Source: a bacterium
Lineage (GTDB): Bacteria > Patescibacteriota > Minisyncoccia > Moranbacterales > GWC2-37-73
Length of the DNA: 64,000 nt
Direction of reading: 5' to 3'
Assembly: GCA_003251635.1 (NCBI GenBank)
Contig: QKEW01000001.1
Location: 15,588 to 79,587, forward strand
Shown here piece by piece: positions 8,168-18,125 of the stretch; positions within the stretch are counted from its first letter, which is position 1; each line of letters begins with the position of its first letter. Under the pieces are notes generated by a model that did no database searches, had not been told where the DNA came from, and saw only the letters and a program-made list of their open reading frames with translations. A program made the position numbers and the translations under genes.

Positions 8168-9659
8168 CCTCATTTTTTCGTAGTTCTCGACGAATTGAAG
8201 ATTTAGCCATGGAAGTTTTGACAAATTTGAGCCAATCAGGATTGGGAACGTGACGTTTTTTGCAGGTCAAAACTTCAATCATTTGACCATTTTGAATTTG
8301 AAAATCCACGGGAACCATTTTCCCATCAGCTTTGGCGCCTACGATTGAATTGCCAACTTCACTATGAATAGCATAGGCAAAATCAACCGGAGTAGCTTCT
8401 TCTGGTAAATCAATAATATCGCCCATTGGCGTGAAGGCAAATATATGGTTTTTAAAGAAATCTATTCGCAGGCCCTCCATAAACTCGCCATCGTTTAAAC
8501 CGATTTCATTTTGCCATTCGCGCAATTGCTTGACCCACTTCAGTTCCTTGAGAACACTTTCTTTTTTTTGCTTGAAAATAAAATCTTTCCAGGTTCTTTT
8601 TTTCATTTTGTCGCTATAAATCCAGTGAGCGGCAATTCCAAACTCAGCCTCGCTGTGCATCTGGGTGGTGCGTATTTGAACCTCCAAAATTCGTCCCTCT
8701 GGTCCAAAGATGGTGGTGTGGATTGATTGATATCCGTTCGGTTTGGGCAGGGAAATGTAATCCTTGATGCGTCCAACCATTGGTCGATATTTTCTGTGAA
8801 CAATTCCCAGAGCTTCATAACAATCGGCAATTTGAGGAACTATCACTCGAACCGCTGAAAGGTCATAGATTCTGTTGATGTTCATGTCATATTTTTTCAA
8901 CTTTTCATATGAGCTGAAAAGACTTTTGGCTCGGCCGTGAATGTTAATAACATGAATTCCGCCTTTTTCCAATTCCTTTTTTAGTTCGCGAATTGCTTCA
9001 TCGACATATTTTTTTCTTTCTTTATAGCTTTTAGTTATGATATCTTTGACAAGGTTGTAGTTTTCATTATCCAAATATTTAAAAGACAAATCCTGTAATT
9101 GGGATTTGATTTCGCCGATTCCCAGGCGGTTGGCAATCGGAGCAAAAATCTCCATGGTCTCGTTGGCAATTCGCTTTTGTTTTTCGACCGGGAGATATTC
9201 AAGGGTTTGCATGTTGTGCAAGCGATCTGCCAATTTGATGATAACCACGCGAATGTCAGCTGCCATAGCCAAAAACATTTTGCGCAAATTTTCTATGAAG
9301 TATTCTTCATGGGATCCTCGCAATTTGATTTTTCCTAATTTGGTCACGCCGTCAACCATGAAAGTCACTTCAGGCCCGAATTTTTGTTGTATTTCATCTA
9401 AAGTCACTTCCGTGTCTTCATCAACATCATGCAAGAGTCCAGCGGCGATAGTTTTGCCGCCCATGCCGATTTCCGCCAAAATTTTACCAGTAGCAGCGGC
9501 ATGTTGAAAATAATCATCACCAGACATTCTTTTTTGCCCAGCGTGAGCTTTTTGGGCAAAATAGAAAGCTTCGGTGATAATCTTTTTTCGTTTTTCGGAA
9601 GGGTGATTTTTTAGAGCTTTAAGAATATCTTCAAGCTCTATGTTTTTTTTAGCTTCCAT
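8151..9659 (-). CDS. rel: Short RelA/SpoT-homolog (p)ppGpp synthetase/hydrolase with HD, synthetase and TGS domains and no ACT domain
   Basis: HD-domain HDVDEDT...LADRLHNM, synthetase motif YQSIHTTIFGPEGRILEVQIRT and a TGS-like VDFAYAIHSEVG. 502 aa. Confidence 0.85.
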   Translation of the reverse strand: MEAKKNIELEDILKALKNHPSEKRKKIITEAFYFAQKAHAGQKRMSGDDYFQHAAATGKILAEIGMGGKTIAAGLLHDVDEDTEVTLDEIQQKFGPEVTFMVDGVTKLGKIKLRGSHEEYFIENLRKMFLAMAADIRVVIIKLADRLHNMQTLEYLPVEKQKRIANETMEIFAPIANRLGIGEIKSQLQDLSFKYLDNENYNLVKDIITKSYKERKKYVDEAIRELKKELEKGGIHVINIHGRAKSLFSSYEKLKKYDMNINRIYDLSAVRVIVPQIADCYEALGIVHRKYRPMVGRIKDYISLPKPNGYQSIHTTIFGPEGRILEVQIRTTQMHSEAEFGIAAHWIYSDKMKKRTWKDFIFKQKKESVLKELKWVKQLREWQNEIGLNDGEFMEGLRIDFFKNHIFAFTPMGDIIDLPEEATPVDFAYAIHSEVGNSIVGAKADGKMVPVDFQIQNGQMIEVLTCKKRHVPNPDWLKFVKTSMAKSSIRRELRKNEEKKTR

Positions 9660-9687
9660 GATTTTAAGTTAGAAGATCAAATTTATT

Positions 9688-11928
9688 TTATTGTTGAAAG
9701 TCACATTCTTTATTTGAACAACGAACAGATCCTTTGGCTCCGAAAACTAAAAGACTGTCACACTTCGGACATTTTTCTCCGGTTGGTTTGCTCCAAAGAG
9801 AAAATTCACAATCCGGATAACGATTGCAGGCATAGAAAGTACGTCCCTTTTTGGATTTTTTTTCAACAACATCGCCCTTTTGACATTGTGGGCATTTGAC
9901 CCCAGTTTTCTTCTCGATGCTTTTAATGTTTTTGCATTCAGGATAACCTGAGCAAGCTAGAAATGGACCAAAGCGCCCACGTTTAACGATCATGGGCTTG
10001 CCACACTTTTCACAAGTTTCGCCGGAGAATTCGGCATCCATCTTCTTTTCGTCCTCGGTTTTTTCAGTGTGTTTGCATTCCGGATATCTTGAACAGGCGA
10101 TAAATTTTCCAAAGCGGCCAAATTTCACGATCAAATCACTCCCGCACTCCGGACATTTGCGCCCGACTTTTTCAACGAAATCCTCTTTTTTTACAACTTT
10201 ATTTTTCTTCTCTAAATTTTTATGAAAAGGTTGATAGAAATCTTCAATAATTGGAACCCAGGGTTTTTGACCTTGAGCGATCAAATCGAAATCTTCTTCC
10301 ATGTTGGCTGTAAAATCGACATCAACAATTTGCGGAAAATGTTCAACTAAAAGATCATTGACCACCTCTCCGATTTCCAAAGGAAACAGGCGACGATCTT
10401 CATTTTTATCGATATATTTTCTTTCAAAGATGGTAGCAATAGTTGGAGCGTAGGTTGAAGGTCGACCAATTCCATATTCCTCCATGGTCTTTACCAAGGA
10501 AGCTTCGTTGTAGCGAGGAGGCGGAGTAGTGGATTTTTCAGTTTCCAGAATTTTTTCCAATTCTAATTTTTGACCAATTTTCATTTCGGGTAAAAAAGTT
10601 TCTTTGCTGGCCGATTTTCCATAAATTTTCAAAAAGCCGTCAAAAACAATTTGTGAGCCATTGGCTCGCATCAAATATTCATTTTTTTTATTTTGAGCAA
10701 CGATGTCAATCTTGGTTTGATTAAGTCGCGCGCTTTGCATTTGGCAAGCCAACGTTCGGTTCCAAATCAAGCGATAGAGTCTTTTTTGGGAATCATCCAA
10801 ATCTTTTTCCAGATCACCTGGAAGATGTTCGGCGTGAGTTGGTCGGATGGCTTCGTGGGCTTCCTGGGCTGATTTGGATTTGGTTTTGTAGTAGCGGGGA
10901 CTTTCTAGGGCGTAATTTTTTCCGAACTCTTTTTGAATGGTTTTTTGGGCTTGCATTAAAAATTCCAAAGACAAATTGACACTATCGGTACGCATGTAGG
11001 TAATATGGCCCATTTCATAGAGTTTTTGAGCGACCATCATGGTTTGCTTGGCGCTCCAGCCTAAATTACTGATTGCAGCCTGTTGCAGTGTTGAAGTGGT
11101 GAAAGGAGGAAGAGGATTTCGGGAAATTTCTTTTTGGGAAAGATCTTTGATTTCGTAAGCAGCTTTTTCCAGGTCACTTTTAATGGCAGTAGCTTTGGCG
11201 GCGCTGTCGATGATGGTTTTTCGACTGGAATAATCCCCAGTGAAAAGTTTGATCTTTTCAACTTTCTCAATTTTTTCTCCATTTTTTTCAATCAAATCCG
11301 CTGGAAAAATCTGAGAAGATTTTTTGTCTGGCGCCAGTTCAGCCAAAATGGTCCAGAATTTTTGAGTCTTAAATTTTTGAATCTCCCGTTCTCTTTCCAC
11401 AATCAAACGAAGGGCTACTGACTGGACGCGACCAGCGCTGAGGCCACGGCGAATTTTTTTCCAAAGAAAAGGTGACAGTTCATAACCGACCAAGCGATCC
11501 AAGACTCGTCGGGCTTGTTGGGCATCAACCAAATTCAAGTCAATCTTGCGGGGACTTTCCAAGGCTTTTTGAATGGCGGATTTGGTAATTTCATGAAAAA
11601 CAATTCGACTGTGGGGTTTTTTGTTTTTCTTTTCCAAGCCCAAGGCTTCCAAAAGATGCCAGGCAATGGCTTCTCCTTCGCGGTCTTCGTCGGATGCCAG
11701 AATGACTTCATCAGCCTTTTGGGACAACTCTTGCAAAACGTTCAATTTATCTTGGGCCTTGGTTGGAATTATATAGTGAGGTTGAAAATTGTTTTCAATA
11801 TCGATGCCCATTTCATTTTTTGGCAGATCACGAATATGGCCAAAGGAAGATTTGACGGTAAATCCTTTGCCTAGAAATTTTTTGATAGTTTTGGCTTTGG
11901 TAGGTGACTCGACAATTACTAATTTCAT
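9688..11928 (-). CDS. topA: DNA topoisomerase I
   Basis: TOPRIM start MKLVIVESPTKAKTI, conserved Topo IA core, and a C-terminus with several CxxC...CxxC zinc ribbons. 746 aa. Confidence 0.9.
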   Translation of the reverse strand: MKLVIVESPTKAKTIKKFLGKGFTVKSSFGHIRDLPKNEMGIDIENNFQPHYIIPTKAQDKLNVLQELSQKADEVILASDEDREGEAIAWHLLEALGLEKKNKKPHSRIVFHEITKSAIQKALESPRKIDLNLVDAQQARRVLDRLVGYELSPFLWKKIRRGLSAGRVQSVALRLIVEREREIQKFKTQKFWTILAELAPDKKSSQIFPADLIEKNGEKIEKVEKIKLFTGDYSSRKTIIDSAAKATAIKSDLEKAAYEIKDLSQKEISRNPLPPFTTSTLQQAAISNLGWSAKQTMMVAQKLYEMGHITYMRTDSVNLSLEFLMQAQKTIQKEFGKNYALESPRYYKTKSKSAQEAHEAIRPTHAEHLPGDLEKDLDDSQKRLYRLIWNRTLACQMQSARLNQTKIDIVAQNKKNEYLMRANGSQIVFDGFLKIYGKSASKETFLPEMKIGQKLELEKILETEKSTTPPPRYNEASLVKTMEEYGIGRPSTYAPTIATIFERKYIDKNEDRRLFPLEIGEVVNDLLVEHFPQIVDVDFTANMEEDFDLIAQGQKPWVPIIEDFYQPFHKNLEKKNKVVKKEDFVEKVGRKCPECGSDLIVKFGRFGKFIACSRYPECKHTEKTEDEKKMDAEFSGETCEKCGKPMIVKRGRFGPFLACSGYPECKNIKSIEKKTGVKCPQCQKGDVVEKKSKKGRTFYACNRYPDCEFSLWSKPTGEKCPKCDSLLVFGAKGSVRCSNKECDFQQ

Positions 11929-11962
11929 GGAAATGTTTTTTAGGTGGATTATTTTGTTTTTT

Positions 11963-13042
11963 TTATTGACGAACGTAATTTTGTCCGCCGATATTTTTGA
12001 TAGCGCCCTTTATTTCCAAAATCGATAGAGTGGAAAGGGCGGTTTCTGTTTTTAGTTTAGAGAGTTTCACGATTGTGTCAACGTGAAGCGGCTCCAACGA
12101 GAGAATTTGGAAAATTTTTTCTTCTTCAGGCGAATCTGGGCTAAAGTCTTGAATAGTTTTGTTTTGGACGGAATTTTGGAAGTCAAATTCTTCCAAGATA
12201 TCATTGATTGAAGCGACCAATTTGGCGCCGTTTTTGATCAACTGGTGGCAACCCTGGCTTTGAGAATTGAAAATTGCTCCCGGCACGGCAAAGACTTCTC
12301 GATTAAATTCCAAAGCTAGGCCGGCAGTGATCAAGCTGCCGCTATCCGGTGCAGCTTCCACTACCACGGTTCCCAAGGAAAGTCCGGCGATGATGCGATT
12401 GCGGGAAGGAAAATTGCCAGGAGCTGGAGAGGTTTCGGGGGTAAATTCACTTACAAGCAAGCCGCCTGAGCGTAAAATTTCTCGGGAAAGTTGAAAATTG
12501 GCTCGAGGGTGAATGTTTTGAGGCAACAGACCATTGCCCAAAACTGCTAAGGTTTTTCCTTGTCCCTCAAGGGCTCCTTGATGCGACAGGGCGTCGATTC
12601 CAATAGCCAGGCCACTGACCACCACCAAACCGGCCTGGGCCAAATCCCGGCCAAAATTTTGAGCCACTCGTCGGCCATAGTCAGTGAATTTGCGTGAACC
12701 TACTAAAGAAACCATGGGCATTTGCAAAAGATCCAAATTTCCCTGGGCATAAAAAAGAAATGGTGCAGAGGGAATTTCTCGCAGCAGGGGAGGATAATTT
12801 TCATCCAAAAGAGAAACGACTGAAATTTTTTCTGTTTGCAGTTTTGCCCATTCTTGATCGGGATTGATTTTGGCGCGCTCGGCGATAATTTTGTTAGCTA
12901 AATTTTCACTCAAGCCAGCGGCGGTCAATTTTTTAAAATCGGCCTGCCAAGTTTGTTGACCGTTTTCGAAATGACCTGCCAAAATTTTCAGCTTTTGCTG
13001 TCCAATTCCGTCAATCAAATTGAGTGCGTGCCAATATTTCAT
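11963..13042 (-). CDS. dprA: DNA processing protein A (DprA/Smf)
   Basis: Rossmann-like core with VVSGLAIGIDALSHQGAL. 359 aa. Confidence 0.85.
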   Translation of the reverse strand: MKYWHALNLIDGIGQQKLKILAGHFENGQQTWQADFKKLTAAGLSENLANKIIAERAKINPDQEWAKLQTEKISVVSLLDENYPPLLREIPSAPFLFYAQGNLDLLQMPMVSLVGSRKFTDYGRRVAQNFGRDLAQAGLVVVSGLAIGIDALSHQGALEGQGKTLAVLGNGLLPQNIHPRANFQLSREILRSGGLLVSEFTPETSPAPGNFPSRNRIIAGLSLGTVVVEAAPDSGSLITAGLALEFNREVFAVPGAIFNSQSQGCHQLIKNGAKLVASINDILEEFDFQNSVQNKTIQDFSPDSPEEEKIFQILSLEPLHVDTIVKLSKLKTETALSTLSILEIKGAIKNIGGQNYVRQ

Positions 13043-13272
13043 GAAAGAATCTTAAAATTAACTTCCTTTATTGTTCAACTATATCAAACAAGGCTTCGCT
13101 TGACAAAACTGTTATTTTATGATAATATTAAAAATCAAAGAGGAGTAATTTGAAAAACATCAAAAAAGGAGTCTTTTGGGGCTAAAATGAGAGAAAAACT
13201 GGTTTTAGCGGCAAAAGATTCCCGAATGGTTCGGGAAAAATATTCCAAGAAAATTGAGAAAGGGAGGGAAAT

Positions 13273-13425
13273 ATGAAAGGCTTCTTGGCTTTATCAATAG
13301 TTGTTGTGGGATTTATGGTCGCTCTCTATGCAAGCGGAGAGCTGGACGAATTAATTCACGACTGTGAGAGAATCTCGTGCGCTTGCAGCACCCTGATCGC
13401 TGTCTTTGACGGGATCAGGGGCTAA
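13273..13425 (+). CDS. Small membrane protein of 50 aa (not in the ORF track), one TM helix followed by CERISCACS
   Basis: Strong Shine-Dalgarno agggaggg 4-5 nt before the ATG, an uninterrupted 50-codon frame, and a terminator hairpin immediately downstream. A possible 29-codon upstream ORF (13187..13276) overlaps it in an ATGA arrangement. Confidence 0.4.
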   Translation: MKGFLALSIVVVGFMVALYASGELDELIHDCERISCACSTLIAVFDGIRG

Positions 13426-13431
13426 AAAGAA

Positions 13432-13464
13432 AGGTGGTTGCCAAACTCGGCGCCACCTTTTCTG
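13432..13464. terminator. Intrinsic terminator shared by the small ORF (+) and pth (-)
   Basis: ggtggttgcc-aaactc-ggcgccacc followed by ttttct, with an A-rich tract on the other side. Confidence 0.55.
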
Positions 13465-13467
13465 ATT

Positions 13468-14046
13468 TTAGAAGGAGATTTTTTCAAATACATCCTCTAT
13501 TTGCGATAATTCATCTTTTTCAAAATCCTTCAAGACAAAATCCCGACCGGATTCAAGGCGCTCGGATCGGCCGCCTTTTTTTTCCACCCCGATTCGGATT
13601 CGAGTGAATTTTTGGCTGCCGACGCGGTCGATGATTGACTGGATGCCGTTGTGACCGGCTGCGCGCGAATCGGTTGAAATTTTGAAATTGCCAATTTCCA
13701 AATCCAGATCGTCATGGATGACGGTCAAATTTTCTAATGGAATTTTATAGAAATCCAAAATCTTGCGCACGCTTTGACCGGAGTTGTTCATAAACGTTTG
13801 GGGTTTGGCCAGAATGATCTTTTGGCTATTTTCCATTTTTTCACAAATTTCAGCTTGAAATTTTTCTTTCATTTCAAATTCGCCAAAATCTTTTTCTTGG
13901 CGCAGTTTTTCCAGCAAGATGAAACCGACATTGTGGCGGTTTTTTTCGTATTTGGTTCCGGGATTACCCAAGCCGACGATCAATTTGATCTTGTCGTTTT
14001 TGGGTTGGGCGGATTTATTTTTCAGGAGTTTGAAAAAATTTTTCAT
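13468..14046 (-). CDS. pth: Peptidyl-tRNA hydrolase
   Basis: LIVGLGNPGTKYEKNRHNVGF signature. 192 aa. Confidence 0.9.
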   Translation of the reverse strand: MKNFFKLLKNKSAQPKNDKIKLIVGLGNPGTKYEKNRHNVGFILLEKLRQEKDFGEFEMKEKFQAEICEKMENSQKIILAKPQTFMNNSGQSVRKILDFYKIPLENLTVIHDDLDLEIGNFKISTDSRAAGHNGIQSIIDRVGSQKFTRIRIGVEKKGGRSERLESGRDFVLKDFEKDELSQIEDVFEKISF

Positions 14047-14054
14047 GAAATTTT

Positions 14055-15692
14055 TTAGGGTAATAAATTGGATGGGTACTGGAAATCGAGAATTTCATCT
14101 TTTTCTTTTTCCAGTTGATCGAGATCAACTTCTTCATAATCATAGATTTCAACCAAATCCCGACCTAAATATAGCGTAAAATCAGTTTGTTTTGAAGAGG
14201 TGGTTTTGTTCGCTAAGGATTTGGCGGAATAATTTTCGATTGAGCTTGGGTCTATTTCTTCTTCAATCAAAGAGGCGGGAATTATTTTGATGATTTCATC
14301 CAGGGAAAAAATCTTTTGACCTTGGGTGTGATCGACAACCTCACTGCGTGAGCTCAGCTTGGAACTGCTTTTGGTTTGAATTTGTGAGGATTTGATCCCC
14401 AGGGATTCTTGCAAGACGGAGCGGATTTTTTCGGTCATTTTGGAATCCCCGCTTTCGTTGACCAAGACAATGGTTGGATTTTCTTCACTAAACTCGATTT
14501 TTCTTTTTTGCCAGATTTCCTGGTTGAAAATATTTTCAGACAGATCCTGGATCTGACTGTAAGATCCGACTTTTGGAACCAAAACAAAGGCCCGGGTTGA
14601 ATCGAAATAAACATGGGCTACTTTCAGTAGGCTATCCGGTTTCCAGGCATCTACCACTTGAGTGGAAATATTTTGGGTGTCCAATTCTTGGGAGAGGGCC
14701 AAAAAATTTTCAATTTCTCCCAAAGTCAGATTGGTGCGTAAATTTTCTTCCAAAGTATTCAGGATCTCGTTGATTTTTAGCGGATTAAGAAATGTCTTTA
14801 CGGAGAAGGCTTTATTTTTCACGGCTTGCAGGATTTGCTGTTGTCTTTTGGCTCGACCAAAATCGCCTTCCGGATCGGCGTGTCTTTCGCGGGCGTATTT
14901 TAAGGCGGTGGCTCCGTTCAAATCTTGCCAGCCTTTTTTTATTTCAAATGTTTCGTAGCTGTAGTTGGGTCCAGGATAGCGCGGATCAAAAATATCACGT
15001 TCGACTTCCACCCTGACTCCGTCCAAGGTGTCAATGAATTTAGTAAATCCATCAAAATCAACAATCAAATAATAGCCAATTTTTTGATTGGTTATTTGCT
15101 CAACTGATTTTTTAATCAGTTCGGCGCCTTGATTATTTTTCAGGCCAATTTGGTAAAGACTGTTTATTTTGGCAAATGATTGAGAATCTGGGACTTCGAC
15201 GTAAAGATCGCGGGGAAGTGAAAGGAGAGCCACTTTTTTATTTTTAGTGTCGATACTGGCCAGCATAATCGTGTCAGTCAAATTGTTGCCCGGTTTTTCT
15301 TCGCCGGCAATTCCCAATAATAAAATGTTGATGCGACCAGATTCTTGGCCGACTAAGGAAGTTTTTTCCTTGGAAAAAAGTGAATTGGAAGTAGCCTTAA
15401 TTTCTTCGATCAGGGAAGGTTTTTCGTTTTTTAGGGAAATTTTCTGACTGGTGGTATAAATTCTAAACAAAAATAGACTGGAAAAAAGTAGAAATATTAG
15501 AAAGATGGAACCTAAAAATATTCCCAAAATTTTTTTCCAGCAAAAGACTGGTTTTCTGTGGCATTGATCTTTCAGTAAGGGCTTGGAAAAGGTTAAATCG
15601 GGGATTTGGTCATTTTTTTGATCGGGGAAATTTTTAGGTAAATACCCATCCGAAAAGTTTCTTTTCTTTTGATTTTTTTTGAGGCTGTCCAT
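14055..15692 (-). CDS. LytR-CpsA-Psr (LCP) family cell-envelope phosphotransferase, N-terminal TM anchor
   Basis: LCP core INILLLGIAGEEKPGNNLTDTIMLASID. 545 aa. Confidence 0.8.
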   Translation of the reverse strand: MDSLKKNQKKRNFSDGYLPKNFPDQKNDQIPDLTFSKPLLKDQCHRKPVFCWKKILGIFLGSIFLIFLLFSSLFLFRIYTTSQKISLKNEKPSLIEEIKATSNSLFSKEKTSLVGQESGRINILLLGIAGEEKPGNNLTDTIMLASIDTKNKKVALLSLPRDLYVEVPDSQSFAKINSLYQIGLKNNQGAELIKKSVEQITNQKIGYYLIVDFDGFTKFIDTLDGVRVEVERDIFDPRYPGPNYSYETFEIKKGWQDLNGATALKYARERHADPEGDFGRAKRQQQILQAVKNKAFSVKTFLNPLKINEILNTLEENLRTNLTLGEIENFLALSQELDTQNISTQVVDAWKPDSLLKVAHVYFDSTRAFVLVPKVGSYSQIQDLSENIFNQEIWQKRKIEFSEENPTIVLVNESGDSKMTEKIRSVLQESLGIKSSQIQTKSSSKLSSRSEVVDHTQGQKIFSLDEIIKIIPASLIEEEIDPSSIENYSAKSLANKTTSSKQTDFTLYLGRDLVEIYDYEEVDLDQLEKEKDEILDFQYPSNLLP

Positions 15693-15842
15693 GGGTTTAG
15701 TTTAACTTGTTTGGGACTTTCGTGTCAAAATAATTTTTCCAAAAATCGCTTATTTAAAGCCATTGTTACCCTTGCAAAAAGGGCAAAAATGTGCTATCAT
15801 TGGTTTGCTTTAGAGTTGATAATAATTCTAATTTCATTGTAA

Positions 15843-16535
15843 ATGTTTTGGAAAAAAAATAAAAATAAACAAGCACCCTTTGAGACCAAGTCTGATTCCG
15901 AGAGCTTCAATGATTATGCCAATGAAGTGATCAACAATCAGGAGGTTGAATATTATGGAGTTGGTACCTTCATTTGGGAGGTGGCTAAAGTCTTTTTTTG
16001 GGCTTTGGTTATCATCATACCCATTCGGGTTTTTCTCTTGCAGCCTTTCTATGTGCAGGGCGCTAGCATGGAACCGAACTTTACAGATGGCGACTATCTC
16101 ATAATTAACGAATTTGGTTTAAAAAAGACTGAAGTTGGAGTGAAAGATCACGTTTTTTTCAAAGTCGAACCATTTTTTGATTTAAAAAGAGGGGAAATTG
16201 TAGTTTTTCATTACCCAAGAAATCCCTCGCAGATTTTTATCAAAAGAGTGATTGCCTTGGGCGGAGAAAAAATCAAACTGGAAAATGGTCAGATTTGGAT
16301 ATTTAACGATGAATATCCGGGTGGTGTTCTTTTGGATGAGAGTGTATATCTCGACCCGGATGTTTTTACGAAAGGGTCGGTAGAGATAAAATTGGCTGAG
16401 GATGAATATTTTGTCATGGGTGATAATCGGGAGTTCAGTCATGATTCACGGGCCTGGGGTCCGGTTAACAAAAGTGAAGTAATTGGCAAAGTCCTTTTGC
16501 GAGCTTGGCCATTTGATAATGTTAGTGTTTTTTAA
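15843..16535 (+). CDS. lepB: Signal peptidase I
   Basis: Catalytic boxes GASMEPNF, KRVIALGGE and GDNREFSHDSR. 230 aa. Confidence 0.85.
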   Translation: MFWKKNKNKQAPFETKSDSESFNDYANEVINNQEVEYYGVGTFIWEVAKVFFWALVIIIPIRVFLLQPFYVQGASMEPNFTDGDYLIINEFGLKKTEVGVKDHVFFKVEPFFDLKRGEIVVFHYPRNPSQIFIKRVIALGGEKIKLENGQIWIFNDEYPGGVLLDESVYLDPDVFTKGSVEIKLAEDEYFVMGDNREFSHDSRAWGPVNKSEVIGKVLLRAWPFDNVSVF

Positions 16536-16604
16536 TTTATTTTATTTTTTATTATTGGTCTAATTTGATTATTTTTGGTTTATTAATTAATCAAGTTTCG
16601 ACTT

Positions 16605-18113
16605 TTGTGGTTTATGGTTAGTAAATCAAACAAGGGGCAGATCAAAACAAAATTGGCAAAATCTAAATCTAAAATAAAAAGCTCTAAAAGGGTTTTAAAT
16701 TCAGTTAAAAAAAATCCTTCAGCCAAAAAGAAAGTTGCTGCCAAGAAAGCTACTATTGCTGCTATGAAAAATTCGGCCAAAAAAGCTAAAAAGATAACTA
16801 AGGTTGAAGAAGAAATTATGCTGCAGCCGCCGCGAGGCATGCGGGATTTGTTGCCAGGTGATCAACCTTATTGGGCTCAATTAAGAAAAGTTGTGGCCAA
16901 GTTGGGGCATGAATATGGTTTTCAACGAATTGATCCGCCGGCAGTTGAATATTCCAATTTGTACACTCGTTCAATTGGAGAAGGTACGGATATCATTGAT
17001 AAGGAAATGTATACCTTTACCACTAAAGGAGGAGACAAGGTGGCGCTCAGACCGGAATTTACAGCTGGGATTTGCCGAGCCTATATTCAACATGGCATGA
17101 ATGTTATGCCTAAGCCGATCAAGCTTTTCTCTATTGGACCGGTTTATCGCTATGATCGTCCGCAACAGGGTCGCTATCGCGAACATTGGCAGGCTAATTT
17201 TGATATTTTTGGAGAGCAGGATGCGGTTTTAGATGCTCAGATGATTCAATTGGCTCATCGGTTGGTGACCGGAATTGGAATTAAAAGCTTGCAATTTCAG
17301 ATCAACAGTATCGGCTGTCCGAAGTGTCGTCAGGATTACCAAAATTTGTTGGTTGCTTACTTGGAATCAAAAAAACAAAAGCTTTGCTTGGTTTGTAAAA
17401 AGCGTTTGGAGACTAATCCTCTCAGAATTTTGGATTGTAAGGAAGAAAAATGTTCTCAGGTAGCTGCCAACGCTCCGCAATCCATTGATCACCTTTGTGA
17501 TGAATGTCATGTACATTTCAAGCATTTGCTTGAATATTTGGATGAATTGGATTTGCCCTACGTTATCAATCCGCGCTTGGTGCGAGGTTTGAGTTATTAT
17601 TCCAAAACGGTTTTTGAAATTTGGACCGGTGATAATGAAGAAAAGAAACACTCTTTGGGTGGCGGCGGACGCTATGATTATTTGGTGGAAAGTTTAGGTG
17701 GCGAACACACTCCAGCCATCGGATTTGGTTTGGGCTTGGATCGTTTGGTGATGGAAATGAAAAGAGTTAAGGCTAAAACCTACATTGAGCCTAAACCGAA
17801 AGTCTTTCTGGCTCAGCTTGGAGAATTGGCTAAGAAAAAAAGTCTAAGATTGTTTGCTGAGTTGCAAAAAAATGGAATTTTGGTGGCTGAAAGTTTTGGT
17901 CGCGGCAGTTTGAAATCTCAATTAAGAGTAGCTGATCGATTGGGAGCCGAGATCACTTTGATTGTTGGCCAAAAGGAAGCTCTGGACGAGACAGTTATCA
18001 TAAAAGATATGGTTAGCGGTACCCAAGAAAATGTTTCCAATGCTAAGATGATTGCAGCGGTAAAAAAGATTCTCAAAGGAAATATTTTGGTTTTGAATAA
18101 TAATATACTGTAA
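16605..18113 (+). CDS. hisS: Histidyl-tRNA synthetase with an unusual Lys/Ala/Ser-rich N-terminal extension of about 70 aa (the listed start is a TTG; first ATG at 16614)
   Basis: Class II HisRS core from MLQPPRGMRDLLPGDQ onward. Upstream, about 213 nt of in-frame K-rich codons with no stop. Confidence 0.85.
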   Translation: MWFMVSKSNKGQIKTKLAKSKSKIKSSKRVLNSVKKNPSAKKKVAAKKATIAAMKNSAKKAKKITKVEEEIMLQPPRGMRDLLPGDQPYWAQLRKVVAKLGHEYGFQRIDPPAVEYSNLYTRSIGEGTDIIDKEMYTFTTKGGDKVALRPEFTAGICRAYIQHGMNVMPKPIKLFSIGPVYRYDRPQQGRYREHWQANFDIFGEQDAVLDAQMIQLAHRLVTGIGIKSLQFQINSIGCPKCRQDYQNLLVAYLESKKQKLCLVCKKRLETNPLRILDCKEEKCSQVAANAPQSIDHLCDECHVHFKHLLEYLDELDLPYVINPRLVRGLSYYSKTVFEIWTGDNEEKKHSLGGGGRYDYLVESLGGEHTPAIGFGLGLDRLVMEMKRVKAKTYIEPKPKVFLAQLGELAKKKSLRLFAELQKNGILVAESFGRGSLKSQLRVADRLGAEITLIVGQKEALDETVIIKDMVSGTQENVSNAKMIAAVKKILKGNILVLNNNIL

Positions 18114-18125
18114 TTTTTTGAGAAA

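Noticed and set aside
8032-8253. 73-aa plus-strand ORF spanning the convergent terminator between the LVIVD gene and rel
   Set aside because: Overlaps two real gene ends and a terminator hairpin; no SD.
16605-16613. TTG start (MWFM) of hisS as listed in the ORF track
   Set aside because: The tool accepts TTG/GTG starts. The first ATG is at 16614, and the conserved HisRS core starts at about 16818. The exact start is unresolved, but the TTG has no SD.
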